Shown: one piece after another, positions 49,787 to 58,429 of the stretch
Layout of the letters: each line of letters begins with the position of its first letter
Numbering within the stretch: the stretch's first letter is position 1
Virus record (IMG/VR): IMGVR_UViG_3300025133_000052
Coordinates: 29,285 to 93,284 of that record
Source: a virus
Reading direction: 5' to 3' (one strand)
Length of the DNA stretch: 64,000 nucleotides
Notes under the pieces: model-generated
What the model was told of the DNA's origin: nothing
Seen by the model: only the letters and a program-made list of their open reading frames with translations
Database searches by the model: none
Translations under genes and position numbers: made by a program

Positions 49787-52786
49787 TTATCTACCTACTT
49801 GGATAGATGACCTTAAACTTTGTAACACTTTTATAGCCTTAACTAATTCTTTTTTAACGTTAGAGCCACTAGCTCTCCGTCCTATTGCTCCTAACATGCT
49901 AATCATATCACCAACAGATGATGCATCTTTATCCACTTTCATCTTTGGAGAAGCCTCGTCAACAGGTTTAGCATCGTGAAATGCTTGATCTAATTGTGAG
50001 TCATCTTCGTTGATATCATGGGCATCCTTGAATGATATGATAGAAGGTTTAATATCTTTAGCCGTATCAATACGAATGTCTTCGTTAACAATAATGTTAG
50101 CTAATTCTTCTCTAATGATCTTAGCAATTTCTTCTTTAAGGTTATTCGTTGATTCACTTAAATCAATTGATTCCTTAAGTTTATATTTCTTTGGATCGTC
50201 TTTAATAGCTTTAGTAAAGTTAGCAATCATTTTAGGGATGTTATCATCAAAACCTATCATCTCTCCGTTAAGAGTTATCTTAGTTCCCATACCCCTAACT
50301 TTCTTAGCACCTATTTTTACTTCTGATTGTTTAAGATTATATCCATTAGCCTTTAATGCTGTTTGGACCGCATGCTTAAATTGAGAAGCAGCTTCATTAA
50401 TTGATTCATCAACCCCGTACTGTACCCAGAATGTGGCTTGACCTTTAACTGAATCTAATTTAGAGACAGGTAGCTTTAAGGATTTGATAGCCTTTTGCAT
50501 TAGTTTATGTTTCTTTGCTTGTTCAGGTGAACCTTTTTCAGACCCACTCGGTAAAGCAATAGTAGCTATTGTACCAATTGATTTAGGATACTTCCTAACA
50601 TCTAGAGGAGCTTTAGTTCCAAACATCTTTTGAAACTTCTTAATACCGGTCAGAACCTTTTTAGCATCTAATTGTTCTTCATTCATATTGTTTATTTTCT
50701 CTTTAATAATAGTACCCTCACTAAAAATGTAAATGTGTTCCTCTTTAGTTTCAGGATCAATTTTAATAACCTTACCGTTACTGTGAAGTTGTTCCATTTC
50801 ATCTTTAGAGAACGTTACTGTATCTTCTGTAACATTCATTAAACTATCTAATTCTTCGTTAATGATTTGGACAAGGAGAGCTCTCGAAAGTGTATTGCTG
50901 CGCGGCGATGATTCATTAACTGATTCATTACCAGTTGCTTTGGCATATGCTTCGACTTCCTTTGGCCAGCTGGTGCCTTCGTTAACTTCATTCTTTTTTG
51001 AACTAGCGTAAGCTCTTTGTAAAGCCTTCTTTCTAAGATCGTTATCAGTTATTCCTCTATCATCTAAATTAAAAGATGTCTCGCCATTGACGTATACTAT
51101 CTGCCCATGGGCCTTCTTCTTAATTGTAATATCAGCATCTTTCTTACGCAATAACTTATGCAAGTACTTTATTGTTTGAGAAGAACTTTCTGCTTCATTA
51201 ACTGATTCATTACCAGTTGCTTTGGCATATGCTTTGGCGTATTGTTTTGGAAAATCACCATTAATTGATTTTTTATATTCAGGTAAGTCTTTAATTGGAA
51301 CAGGAATCCACATAGCTTTATTATTGCTATTATCGTGCATGTTCATTAATGCATTACTACCTTTTATCTTTGCAACATATCCCGATCGTCCTGCCAAACT
51401 CTTGTTCTTGTGATTGGAAGGCCAGCGTATCTCAGTTCCAGGTTTAATTTTATTCTTAGCTTCATTAACTGATTCTTTAGTTAATTTGCCTTCCTTAATT
51501 TGAACTTTATTCTGCGTACGCAACTTTTTATCAAGGTCGTTAGAAGATATTATGTTTGGATTTTTATTAGGAAAATTGGGGTTTTTTATGTCAGTCCGAA
51601 TCCACTTTCCCCCAGCTACATTTTTAGCCCATGTTTGACCTGAGAAGTGTATTAGTGCTGCAAAGTCTGCTTTGTTTGCCATTCCACTTGTTGGTTTTTG
51701 TATTGGGTATTTTTTAAGATCTTTCCATATAGTTTGTGCGCGCGTCATAATAGTAGCTTCACTAACTGATTCTAATACTGGGTATTTCTTTTTAACTGAT
51801 TGTTGAAACTTCTTCCAGTTACTACCACTTATAAGATCAGAAGCATGTTGCATGAAGCTATCTAATGATGTCCATTTTTGATCTGCAAGTTCATGTTGTT
51901 TTGAAGTATAAGGTGCCATCATATCTAATAGATCAATTACAACATCGTGGGACATTTTCTTGATGGGCTTAGTTTTTAATATGCCTGCTTTCTTAGCTTG
52001 GTGCCAATCCATCTTCTTAGGAATACTATATTTCCAAATATCATTATCTTGATCGTGCTTGCTTCTCGCTGAATCACTAGCATTGAAGTTATTCTTTAAT
52101 TTACTAACATCTAAGTTAGGATCTGCTTTCTTTAATATGCTTTTAAGCTTACTAGTGTTATCAACCTTTCCATATTGTGTAACGTAAATATGATTGGCTG
52201 ATGAGTTAACTGGTGTCTTACCGTACCCTGCAGTCGTTTTAGCATATGCATCTATACCTTTAAGTTTGCTAACTACTTTACCAATTGCCTTTTCATACTC
52301 AATTTCTTTGCCTAGACCTAAGTTGTAATTTTCATTAACTGATTCATTTTTCTTTTTGCATTTTTGACATTTCTTATCTTTATGATTTGTCATTTGCATA
52401 CACTTACCACAATAATCTAATTTAAGACCTGCTTCGGTAATTGATTTATTCTTACGCATTGTTTTAACTAATTTCTCGATTTGTTTGTGTAAGGAATTAA
52501 CTAGTGTAGTTTGGCCTTTTCTTACAGCTACTGCTCTTTGCTTTAAAAGAGCTTTATATAGTTTCTCATCCTTTGAACCTTCAGTTATCTCTTCGGTAGT
52601 TAATTCAGTTTCCTTGAACTCTACATCCTTGCCCCTGAGCCTTACCATGTAACCGTAAGAACCGTCGCTATATCTCATCCCATCGGACGAGATAACTCCC
52701 TTCTTACCGTTGTACTTTTTAGCAGTGTGATCAGATATATCCTTAACCTTTACTTTGTCGAATTTTTTGAATTTAGCACTTGCCAT
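49787..52786 (-). CDS. Putative cargo polyprotein A (~1000 aa, more than 10 modules joined by ESVNE-type linkers)
   Basis: Likely start MASAK at 52786; EITEG, SITEA, ESVNEN, ESVSEA, ESVNEA x2, EVNEG, ESVNES, ESINEA, IVNED. Confidence 0.75.
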   Translation of the reverse strand: MASAKFKKFDKVKVKDISDHTAKKYNGKKGVISSDGMRYSDGSYGYMVRLRGKDVEFKETELTTEEITEGSKDEKLYKALLKQRAVAVRKGQTTLVNSLHKQIEKLVKTMRKNKSITEAGLKLDYCGKCMQMTNHKDKKCQKCKKKNESVNENYNLGLGKEIEYEKAIGKVVSKLKGIDAYAKTTAGYGKTPVNSSANHIYVTQYGKVDNTSKLKSILKKADPNLDVSKLKNNFNASDSARSKHDQDNDIWKYSIPKKMDWHQAKKAGILKTKPIKKMSHDVVIDLLDMMAPYTSKQHELADQKWTSLDSFMQHASDLISGSNWKKFQQSVKKKYPVLESVSEATIMTRAQTIWKDLKKYPIQKPTSGMANKADFAALIHFSGQTWAKNVAGGKWIRTDIKNPNFPNKNPNIISSNDLDKKLRTQNKVQIKEGKLTKESVNEAKNKIKPGTEIRWPSNHKNKSLAGRSGYVAKIKGSNALMNMHDNSNNKAMWIPVPIKDLPEYKKSINGDFPKQYAKAYAKATGNESVNEAESSSQTIKYLHKLLRKKDADITIKKKAHGQIVYVNGETSFNLDDRGITDNDLRKKALQRAYASSKKNEVNEGTSWPKEVEAYAKATGNESVNESSPRSNTLSRALLVQIINEELDSLMNVTEDTVTFSKDEMEQLHSNGKVIKIDPETKEEHIYIFSEGTIIKEKINNMNEEQLDAKKVLTGIKKFQKMFGTKAPLDVRKYPKSIGTIATIALPSGSEKGSPEQAKKHKLMQKAIKSLKLPVSKLDSVKGQATFWVQYGVDESINEAASQFKHAVQTALKANGYNLKQSEVKIGAKKVRGMGTKITLNGEMIGFDDNIPKMIANFTKAIKDDPKKYKLKESIDLSESTNNLKEEIAKIIREELANIIVNEDIRIDTAKDIKPSIISFKDAHDINEDDSQLDQAFHDAKPVDEASPKMKVDKDASSVGDMISMLGAIGRRASGSNVKKELVKAIKVLQSLRSSIQVGR

Positions 52787-52808
52787 ATTAATTATCTTTT
52801 TTATATAT

Positions 52809-53135
52809 CTAAAATGACTTTCGAGCGAATGCGATAAAGAAGTCTGTAATGTCTTCACTATCCCAACCTTCCTCTTCCAGATCAGCTGCCATACCTTGAC
52901 TACCGTTAATAAAGGCTTTCATGTTCTTCATGTTCACCAGACCCTGTCCTCTACGGAGGAGCTTGTGATCGTAATTAACTTCAGTTATAGGATCGTCTGT
53001 CACTTCGAGGTCATCTGCTTGTTCCTTTTGAATTGGCTCTTTTTGTGTAGTAAGTGGATTCCACTTCATCTTCTGAAGCTTCTCTGAAGGAAGCTGGCCT
53101 AGGAAGTGTTCGTTAATTAATTTTTTTAGTTTCAT
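52809..53135 (-). CDS. Putative head-cargo protein (leader MKLKKLINE)
   Basis: Leader; shares the LG.LPS.KL.KMKWNPL module with 54511..54777. Confidence 0.65.
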   Translation of the reverse strand: MKLKKLINEHFLGQLPSEKLQKMKWNPLTTQKEPIQKEQADDLEVTDDPITEVNYDHKLLRRGQGLVNMKNMKAFINGSQGMAADLEEEGWDSEDITDFFIAFARKSF

Positions 53136-53136
53136 A

Positions 53137-54312
53137 TTATTGTTTCTTTTGCCTTACTGTAGCTTTAAGTAATTTGTTTTCGAAGGGATTCGTGAATGAT
53201 TCTTCAATACTGTCAACATCAATTCTATATACATCGTCATCTCTACCAGAAGCTTCATCTGATACTGTTCCGTATACTGTTTGACCATCTACATTTTTAA
53301 ATTGTACTGTATCTCCTGGCTCTACTGTGACCTGTGAATCATCTTCATCGTATGAGTCAATAAAATAAGCTTCTTGATCATCATCATATGCGATATAATC
53401 CTCTGCGGAATCTCCTAGCCTAGTTGTAGATGCATAATCGTCTGGATTAATATCGAATTGATCGTCATCTCCGTACCAATCTTCATCGCTATCGGAATCG
53501 CTGTCAAGTTCTGACGCCACCCGTTGTATAGTGTCAATGACTTGCTCTTGTTCGTCCTGTGGCCACTCGCTCGTGTTGAACCATTTTTTAAAGTCATTTT
53601 CCAATTCTTGAGGGTCGATACCTTGATTGTTTATTAGGTCTTCGATATAGGGATCTACCTCCATACCGTGTGAGAATAAATCCCCTACGTGTTCGATGTG
53701 TTCGTAATGTTCTGGATCTCCGTTGTCACCATCATCTCCACTACTTACATCTCCGCTACTTGCAGTTGGTGGTACCCAATTCTTATCACCTGATTTAGTC
53801 CTTGCAAAAAGTTTTCCAAATTGCTTAGCATCATTCTCAGACCATCCACTGTTTTTCATATAATCGAATACATCATCAGCTGTATGAAGGTTCATCATTT
53901 CGTCAGCAAAGTCTTGAGCTGATGCATCGTCAGCATATACCGAATTGTTGTGTAGTAGCTCCAAATCTATTATAGCTTTTTGTGCACTGGTCGCGTACTC
54001 AAGATTATCTAGTTTAAAACCTTGAACATCTGTCTTGGATTCACCACCTGTTTCTTTTTCTGCTGAAGAAGTAAAATCTAAATCTTGACCTTTCTCCTTG
54101 TCAGTCGACCGGTCCTGTTGACCGCCTACATCCCCAGCTTTCATCTTCTCACCATCTACAGTAACTTCCGTATCAGGTGATACGTCATGCTTATCGGTAT
54201 AGGCATTGTAAGCTTCTTCGTCTTTAAACTCTAGTTCGTTAATTGTACCTGTGTTGCGAAAGCTCTCTACAATTGTGTGCCAGTTCTTTCTGATGTCATT
54301 AATGTTGTTCAT
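53137..54312 (-). CDS. Highly acidic protein, possible core/scaffold-type cargo
   Basis: Asp-rich; IVES, INEL and IEES linkers. Confidence 0.6.
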   Translation of the reverse strand: MNNINDIRKNWHTIVESFRNTGTINELEFKDEEAYNAYTDKHDVSPDTEVTVDGEKMKAGDVGGQQDRSTDKEKGQDLDFTSSAEKETGGESKTDVQGFKLDNLEYATSAQKAIIDLELLHNNSVYADDASAQDFADEMMNLHTADDVFDYMKNSGWSENDAKQFGKLFARTKSGDKNWVPPTASSGDVSSGDDGDNGDPEHYEHIEHVGDLFSHGMEVDPYIEDLINNQGIDPQELENDFKKWFNTSEWPQDEQEQVIDTIQRVASELDSDSDSDEDWYGDDDQFDINPDDYASTTRLGDSAEDYIAYDDDQEAYFIDSYDEDDSQVTVEPGDTVQFKNVDGQTVYGTVSDEASGRDDDVYRIDVDSIEESFTNPFENKLLKATVRQKKQ

Positions 54313-54488
54313 GTTGTTATGCTTTTTTTATTTTTGTCAATGTAAGACCACACAACACCAACGAGTGCCATAACTGATCCGTAAACCTCTTCAATGCCGT
54401 CACTGTCAATGTATCCTTTAGCTATCAACGCACCCCCAACAATTGTTAAAGCGTGTCTGATTAATCCAAATATTTGTTCTTGTTTCAT
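54309..54488 (-). CDS. Small two-TM holin-like protein (59 aa)
   Basis: MKQEQIFGLIRHALTIVGGALIAKG...GSVMALVGVVWSYIDK; translated by hand; ATGA overlap with the next gene. Confidence 0.65.
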   Translation of the reverse strand: MKQEQIFGLIRHALTIVGGALIAKGYIDSDGIEEVYGSVMALVGVVWSYIDKNKKSITT

Positions 54489-54510
54489 ATAGTAATCTTT
54501 TTCTCTTCTT

Positions 54511-54777
54511 TTAACCTTTTAACTTAGCGTCAATGGCCAGTGCTATTTTTTCCCTGAATGTAAATACCTCATCATCAGTCATCCTACGCAGTGCTTTTCT
54601 AAAGTTTGATATTACTCTATCGGCTAGATCGCCACCCTTATCTTCAGTAACAGGATCTGATTCCTTCAATGGATTCCATTTCATCTTCATAAGCTTATCA
54701 CTTGGAAGTTCTCCTAATGCATGTTCTTTAAGTAGATGTTTCTGTTGCCATTCTTTAATGTTAAATTTTTTAGTCAT
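54511..54777 (-). CDS. Putative head-cargo protein (leader MTKKFNIKEWQ...LKE)
   Basis: Leader motif. Confidence 0.65.
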   Translation of the reverse strand: MTKKFNIKEWQQKHLLKEHALGELPSDKLMKMKWNPLKESDPVTEDKGGDLADRVISNFRKALRRMTDDEVFTFREKIALAIDAKLKG

Positions 54778-55088
54778 ATTGTATCTTTTTACTCTATAGT
54801 GCTTTTCCTAATTTACTTGAATGGAACAATCTTTCTATTTTTTGGAATAATTTAATTTCTTTCTGAAATCCACCTTTACCTAGCTTCTGCTCTTCCCACT
54901 TCATACCTGCAGGAGTGTTTCTAACGGATTCGATATGAGCTGACATATCGGCAAGTTCATCTGATATACCATAGTATGCATCCTTAACATCCTCTAGACC
55001 TTCTAGGCCTAGTACCGTTCTTTCTTTTAATGCTTTATCTTGCCATTCTTTAATGTTAAATTTTTTAGTCATATTGTATCTTTTTACT
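54745..55088. repeat. 49-nt exact direct repeat (54745-54793 = 55040-55088) covering the translation-initiation region and first 11 codons
   Basis: ttgccattctttaatgttaaattttttagtcatattgtatctttttact occurs twice. Confidence 0.92.
54794..55072 (-). CDS. Putative head-cargo protein (leader MTKKFNIKEWQ...LKE)
   Basis: Leader motif. Confidence 0.65.
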   Translation of the reverse strand: MTKKFNIKEWQDKALKERTVLGLEGLEDVKDAYYGISDELADMSAHIESVRNTPAGMKWEEQKLGKGGFQKEIKLFQKIERLFHSSKLGKAL

Positions 55089-55089
55089 G

Positions 55090-56150
55090 TAATATAAAGA
55101 TAAGAACTTTACCGCAATTATCCAACTTTTTTACACTGTAAAATGTGTGCGAATATAAATATGTAAGGAGCTGCAAAAATAACAGATCTGAACAATATAA
55201 TAGTAATAAGCTAAACAGTGGTTGTTAGTTGGCCCGGTTTTTGTTTTTTGAGAATCCTTGCAGGTTTGGATTTCGGGGGAAATGTTTTGAAAAGGAAAAG
55301 GTGGATGTGTGTGTGTGGTGATGGGCGCAGCGTGTGTGGGTGTAAAGGTGGTGTGGAGGTGTTACACTTAGTGTATTATTTACAACCAGTAGCCTATAGG
55401 TAAAAAAACTAACATGGACATACACACCACACAGATTCACTTCTCACCCCCCGTTATTTTTCTGATGTAGCGTTTATTATAGTACTGTATTATATATAAA
55501 TTTTATATATCTGTTTTTATAATATATTATTTACAGTTTATATAATTTTTAATTAAAAATATTCAGTTTAACGTTAAAAAAATTATTTTATTATTTAATT
55601 GAATTCAAATACAGTTATATTATATATTATATTTAATTATTTATTTAAAATTATATACAGATTATATAATATCGATTATATTATTTATATTATAATATTC
55701 GAATCGATTTAATTATTATATTATTATCGAGTCGTTATATTATATGTGTGCACAGGGAGTGATTGATGTGTTATATATACGTTGCTGTACCGTATTATTA
55801 TTAATTGTTATTGTTGTTATTGTATTGTTTGTGATGCCCGCCATATTATTTTAAATTATATCTGTCGATTAGTTGTTTATCTGAATTATTCTTCGTATCT
55901 TTATATTATAAGGGGCGAGGTCTGGCCTGTCATATTACATTTTATTATATATGTTATTATTATATTAATTATATTGTGTTCGATATATACAGATATAGCA
56001 CAAGCTAGCTTATCAATATTGATATGATGCTAGCTTGCGCGGTGGGAAAAACAACAACTATATTCTGTTATATTATGTTTACTGAACGACCCCCTATGGA
56101 CGTGTGTTCTGTCCAATCTGCCGGGGGCTCACGATTCAGTTACATTATTA
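55090..56150. other. ~1 kb non-coding island (GT-rich tract, very AT-rich core, divergent promoters, hairpins)
   Basis: No credible CDS; leftward promoter 55095-55127; rightward promoter 55871-55903. Confidence 0.6.
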
Positions 56151-56951
56151 TTATACTGTTTGAGCTACTAAGTCCCATACTTTCTGATTGAGTGCGAGTG
56201 AGCTCTCGTCTGATCTGACCTTACCCATTGTTCTGATTGTACCGTTCTTACCTCTTACTCTGATACCACCTCTTATAATGGCTTCTTGTAATCTGTTTAA
56301 TACTAACCAAGCACTGTTCCCCTCATCTTCGGGCCTTCTGACTTTTAATAGATCGCCTATGATTGGGGTACCCCCTGACAACTGTCTTCCACTTGTCCTT
56401 AACGTGAGTGCCTTTTTAGCTAGATCTCTTTGCTCCTTAGTTGTTAGCATTATATGTTTAAATGTTTCGATTTGTTTAACACTATCAGTAACTGCTTGAA
56501 CAGCTGCTCCTACGATGGTTTTAACATCTAGATCGCCCCTGTGGATTACTCGAGTCTTTGTATTCGCTTTACTGTCATCCATAACTACCATTCCGTTCTC
56601 ACATACTAGTCTGAAATGGCCCGCAAGTAATTTAAATGAACTCATTCCTGTGTACGAATTGATTAACAGTATCTCAGGAATTGTTTCGTTCACTTCAGTA
56701 GGTGACTGAAAGAAATTAATGTGTCTTAGTTTAACACAGTGGGTGCTGTAATCTTGTTTAGCTTCCGGATTGAACTTTCGTAGCGGAAACGCCTCGTAAG
56801 GTAACCAACCTTGATTCTGTAATTCCTTAAGTGCATCGACAGTGTTTAATACTGTGTACTTGTTAGTACGTGATACAGCTGGCGTTGGTTGAAACGCTCT
56901 AGGAATTTGTTCTTTGACTTCTAATATGTTTAATGCTTTTATCTCTGACAT
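56151..56951 (-). CDS. DUF932/DUF945-family protein
   Basis: EILLINSY.G.SSF...FRLVCENGM, RRPED...W...N..QE motifs. Confidence 0.85.
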   Translation of the reverse strand: MSEIKALNILEVKEQIPRAFQPTPAVSRTNKYTVLNTVDALKELQNQGWLPYEAFPLRKFNPEAKQDYSTHCVKLRHINFFQSPTEVNETIPEILLINSYTGMSSFKLLAGHFRLVCENGMVVMDDSKANTKTRVIHRGDLDVKTIVGAAVQAVTDSVKQIETFKHIMLTTKEQRDLAKKALTLRTSGRQLSGGTPIIGDLLKVRRPEDEGNSAWLVLNRLQEAIIRGGIRVRGKNGTIRTMGKVRSDESSLALNQKVWDLVAQTV

Positions 56952-57170
56952 AATTTTTATTTTTTAATTGTTGTTGTTTTATTATTTATTTCTTATATAA
57001 TAAAGATACGAACTTTTTATCAGACTTCCAACTTATTCTCTACCTTTTTTAAAATTTTTTGAGTCTTTTTGTTCTCGATCTCTGTTGCAATGAGACCCAC
57101 AATAATACTTACTAACAATGTTACTGTACATGACAGTAATAAAACATTAACTTCATTTAAATATTCCATA

Positions 57171-57326
57171 TTATTGTATTTCTGCTTTAGTTACAGTTTT
57201 GAGATTTCCTGATACTACAATAGTAAGACCATTATAATAATCTGATATTAATGAATCTGGTGCTTCTGTAAATACAGTAGTAAAGTAATTGGATCCATCT
57301 TCGAATGTGCATTTAATTTCTTTCAT
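57171..57326 (-). CDS. Small hypothetical early protein (51 aa, MKEIKCTFEDG...)
   Basis: Translated by hand; directly downstream of an early promoter. Confidence 0.55.
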   Translation of the reverse strand: MKEIKCTFEDGSNYFTTVFTEAPDSLISDYYNGLTIVVSGNLKTVTKAEIQ

Positions 57327-57398
57327 AATTGCTGTTTTTATTATCTCTTTCCTTATATAATAAAGATACGAACTATTCCTCGGACTTCCAACTATTCC

Positions 57399-57602
57399 TT
57401 AAAGTATTTCATTAATTATTTTTAAAGCTTTCTTTAAGCCCTTTACCTTACCTTTAGTTGTATAACTTTCAACTGGACAGCGAAGATACGAGAAGACTGA
57501 ATCACCTTTCTGTTCCTCGTACCTGTCAATTACAGCTTGTAACTGTTTGACTATTAATTCTTTCTTAGCTTCCGCCTCTAACTCATATACGCTAACTCTC
57601 AT
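57399..57602 (-). CDS. Hypothetical early protein
   Basis: ORF track. Confidence 0.55.
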   Translation of the reverse strand: MRVSVYELEAEAKKELIVKQLQAVIDRYEEQKGDSVFSYLRCPVESYTTKGKVKGLKKALKIINEIL

Positions 57603-57606
57603 AGTA

Positions 57607-58359
57607 CTACCCTATTACTTGTTCAGTGATCATCTTCCTCCAGTTACTGAAGTTCATTTGTCTTATCCTTATAGCTTTAATTAAGCTTCTGAAGTTTAAG
57701 TTAACACCGTCAAACTTTTTGTGAGCTGATGCTAGTGCATTTAGTGCGTCCTTTTTAATTTTTATATCTTCAATTTGTGGCTCAATCTGAGGAAGCAATG
57801 TTTTCATTCTCTTAAGCATCTGTGACGCGTTAAGCATGATGTCGATAATGAAGCTTCTACTTTTAATAGCGCTGTCAATATCACCCGCGGCGATGTTAGT
57901 AATAAAAATTACACGACCTGTAAAATTAAAGAAGCGTGGTAAGGCTAGCCCGTCTTGATCTTTTAACGGTTTAGCAGCCAACCATCCAATTGTCCTTTTG
58001 TCGTAGCTGTCAAGAGCTCCTTTAAGTAAATTGATAGCATCTTTATCTTTGAATACGGAATCGCAATCATCGAATATAATTAATTTATCAGAGTTCTCAA
58101 ATAGAGTGATGAACATTCCTGCTGCCGTGCTCCGACCTTTAACGTGAATGAAATCAACTCCTTCCTTGTACCCAGCTCTTCTGAGCTTTTGAAGTGTTAG
58201 GAATGTTTTACCTAAGCCCGGCATTCCTGAGATTATCAATGAAGGAGAAACTCCGGAACGAACCATATCTACTAGGTTAGTCATGTCATTGAATAATTGA
58301 TTGGGATTGCGCGCTTCCTGAAACGTCTTAAAATTGAGTTTGTTGTTTTTCTTTGTCAT
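57607..58359 (-). CDS. AAA+ family ATPase
   Basis: Walker A GMPGLGKT, Walker B IIFDDCD, FITN, AIKSR; start MTKK lies downstream of the promoter. Confidence 0.85.
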   Translation of the reverse strand: MTKKNNKLNFKTFQEARNPNQLFNDMTNLVDMVRSGVSPSLIISGMPGLGKTFLTLQKLRRAGYKEGVDFIHVKGRSTAAGMFITLFENSDKLIIFDDCDSVFKDKDAINLLKGALDSYDKRTIGWLAAKPLKDQDGLALPRFFNFTGRVIFITNIAAGDIDSAIKSRSFIIDIMLNASQMLKRMKTLLPQIEPQIEDIKIKKDALNALASAHKKFDGVNLNFRSLIKAIRIRQMNFSNWRKMITEQVIG

Positions 58360-58429
58360 TGCTTTAATTGTTATCTTTCTTCTTATATAATAAAGATACG
58401 AACTATTCCTCAAAGGACCAACTATTCCG

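Larger units (their letters stand above)
46947..52447 (-). repeat. Dispersed in-frame 15-nt repeat GAATCAGTTAATGAA (ESVNE)
   Basis: Exact copies start at 47178, 50912, 51194, 51461 and 52331; variants at 46947, 47769, 47955, 50393, 51758 and 52433. Confidence 0.9.

Noticed and set aside
46947-52447. CRISPR array interpretation of the 15-nt repeat
   Set aside because: The repeat is too short, spacing is irregular at hundreds of nt, all copies are in frame within long ORFs, and there are no cas genes.
55218-56027. ORFs 55218..55403, 55225..55440 and 55782..56027
   Set aside because: They are low-complexity translations of GT-rich and AT-rich non-coding DNA; one overlaps a promoter.
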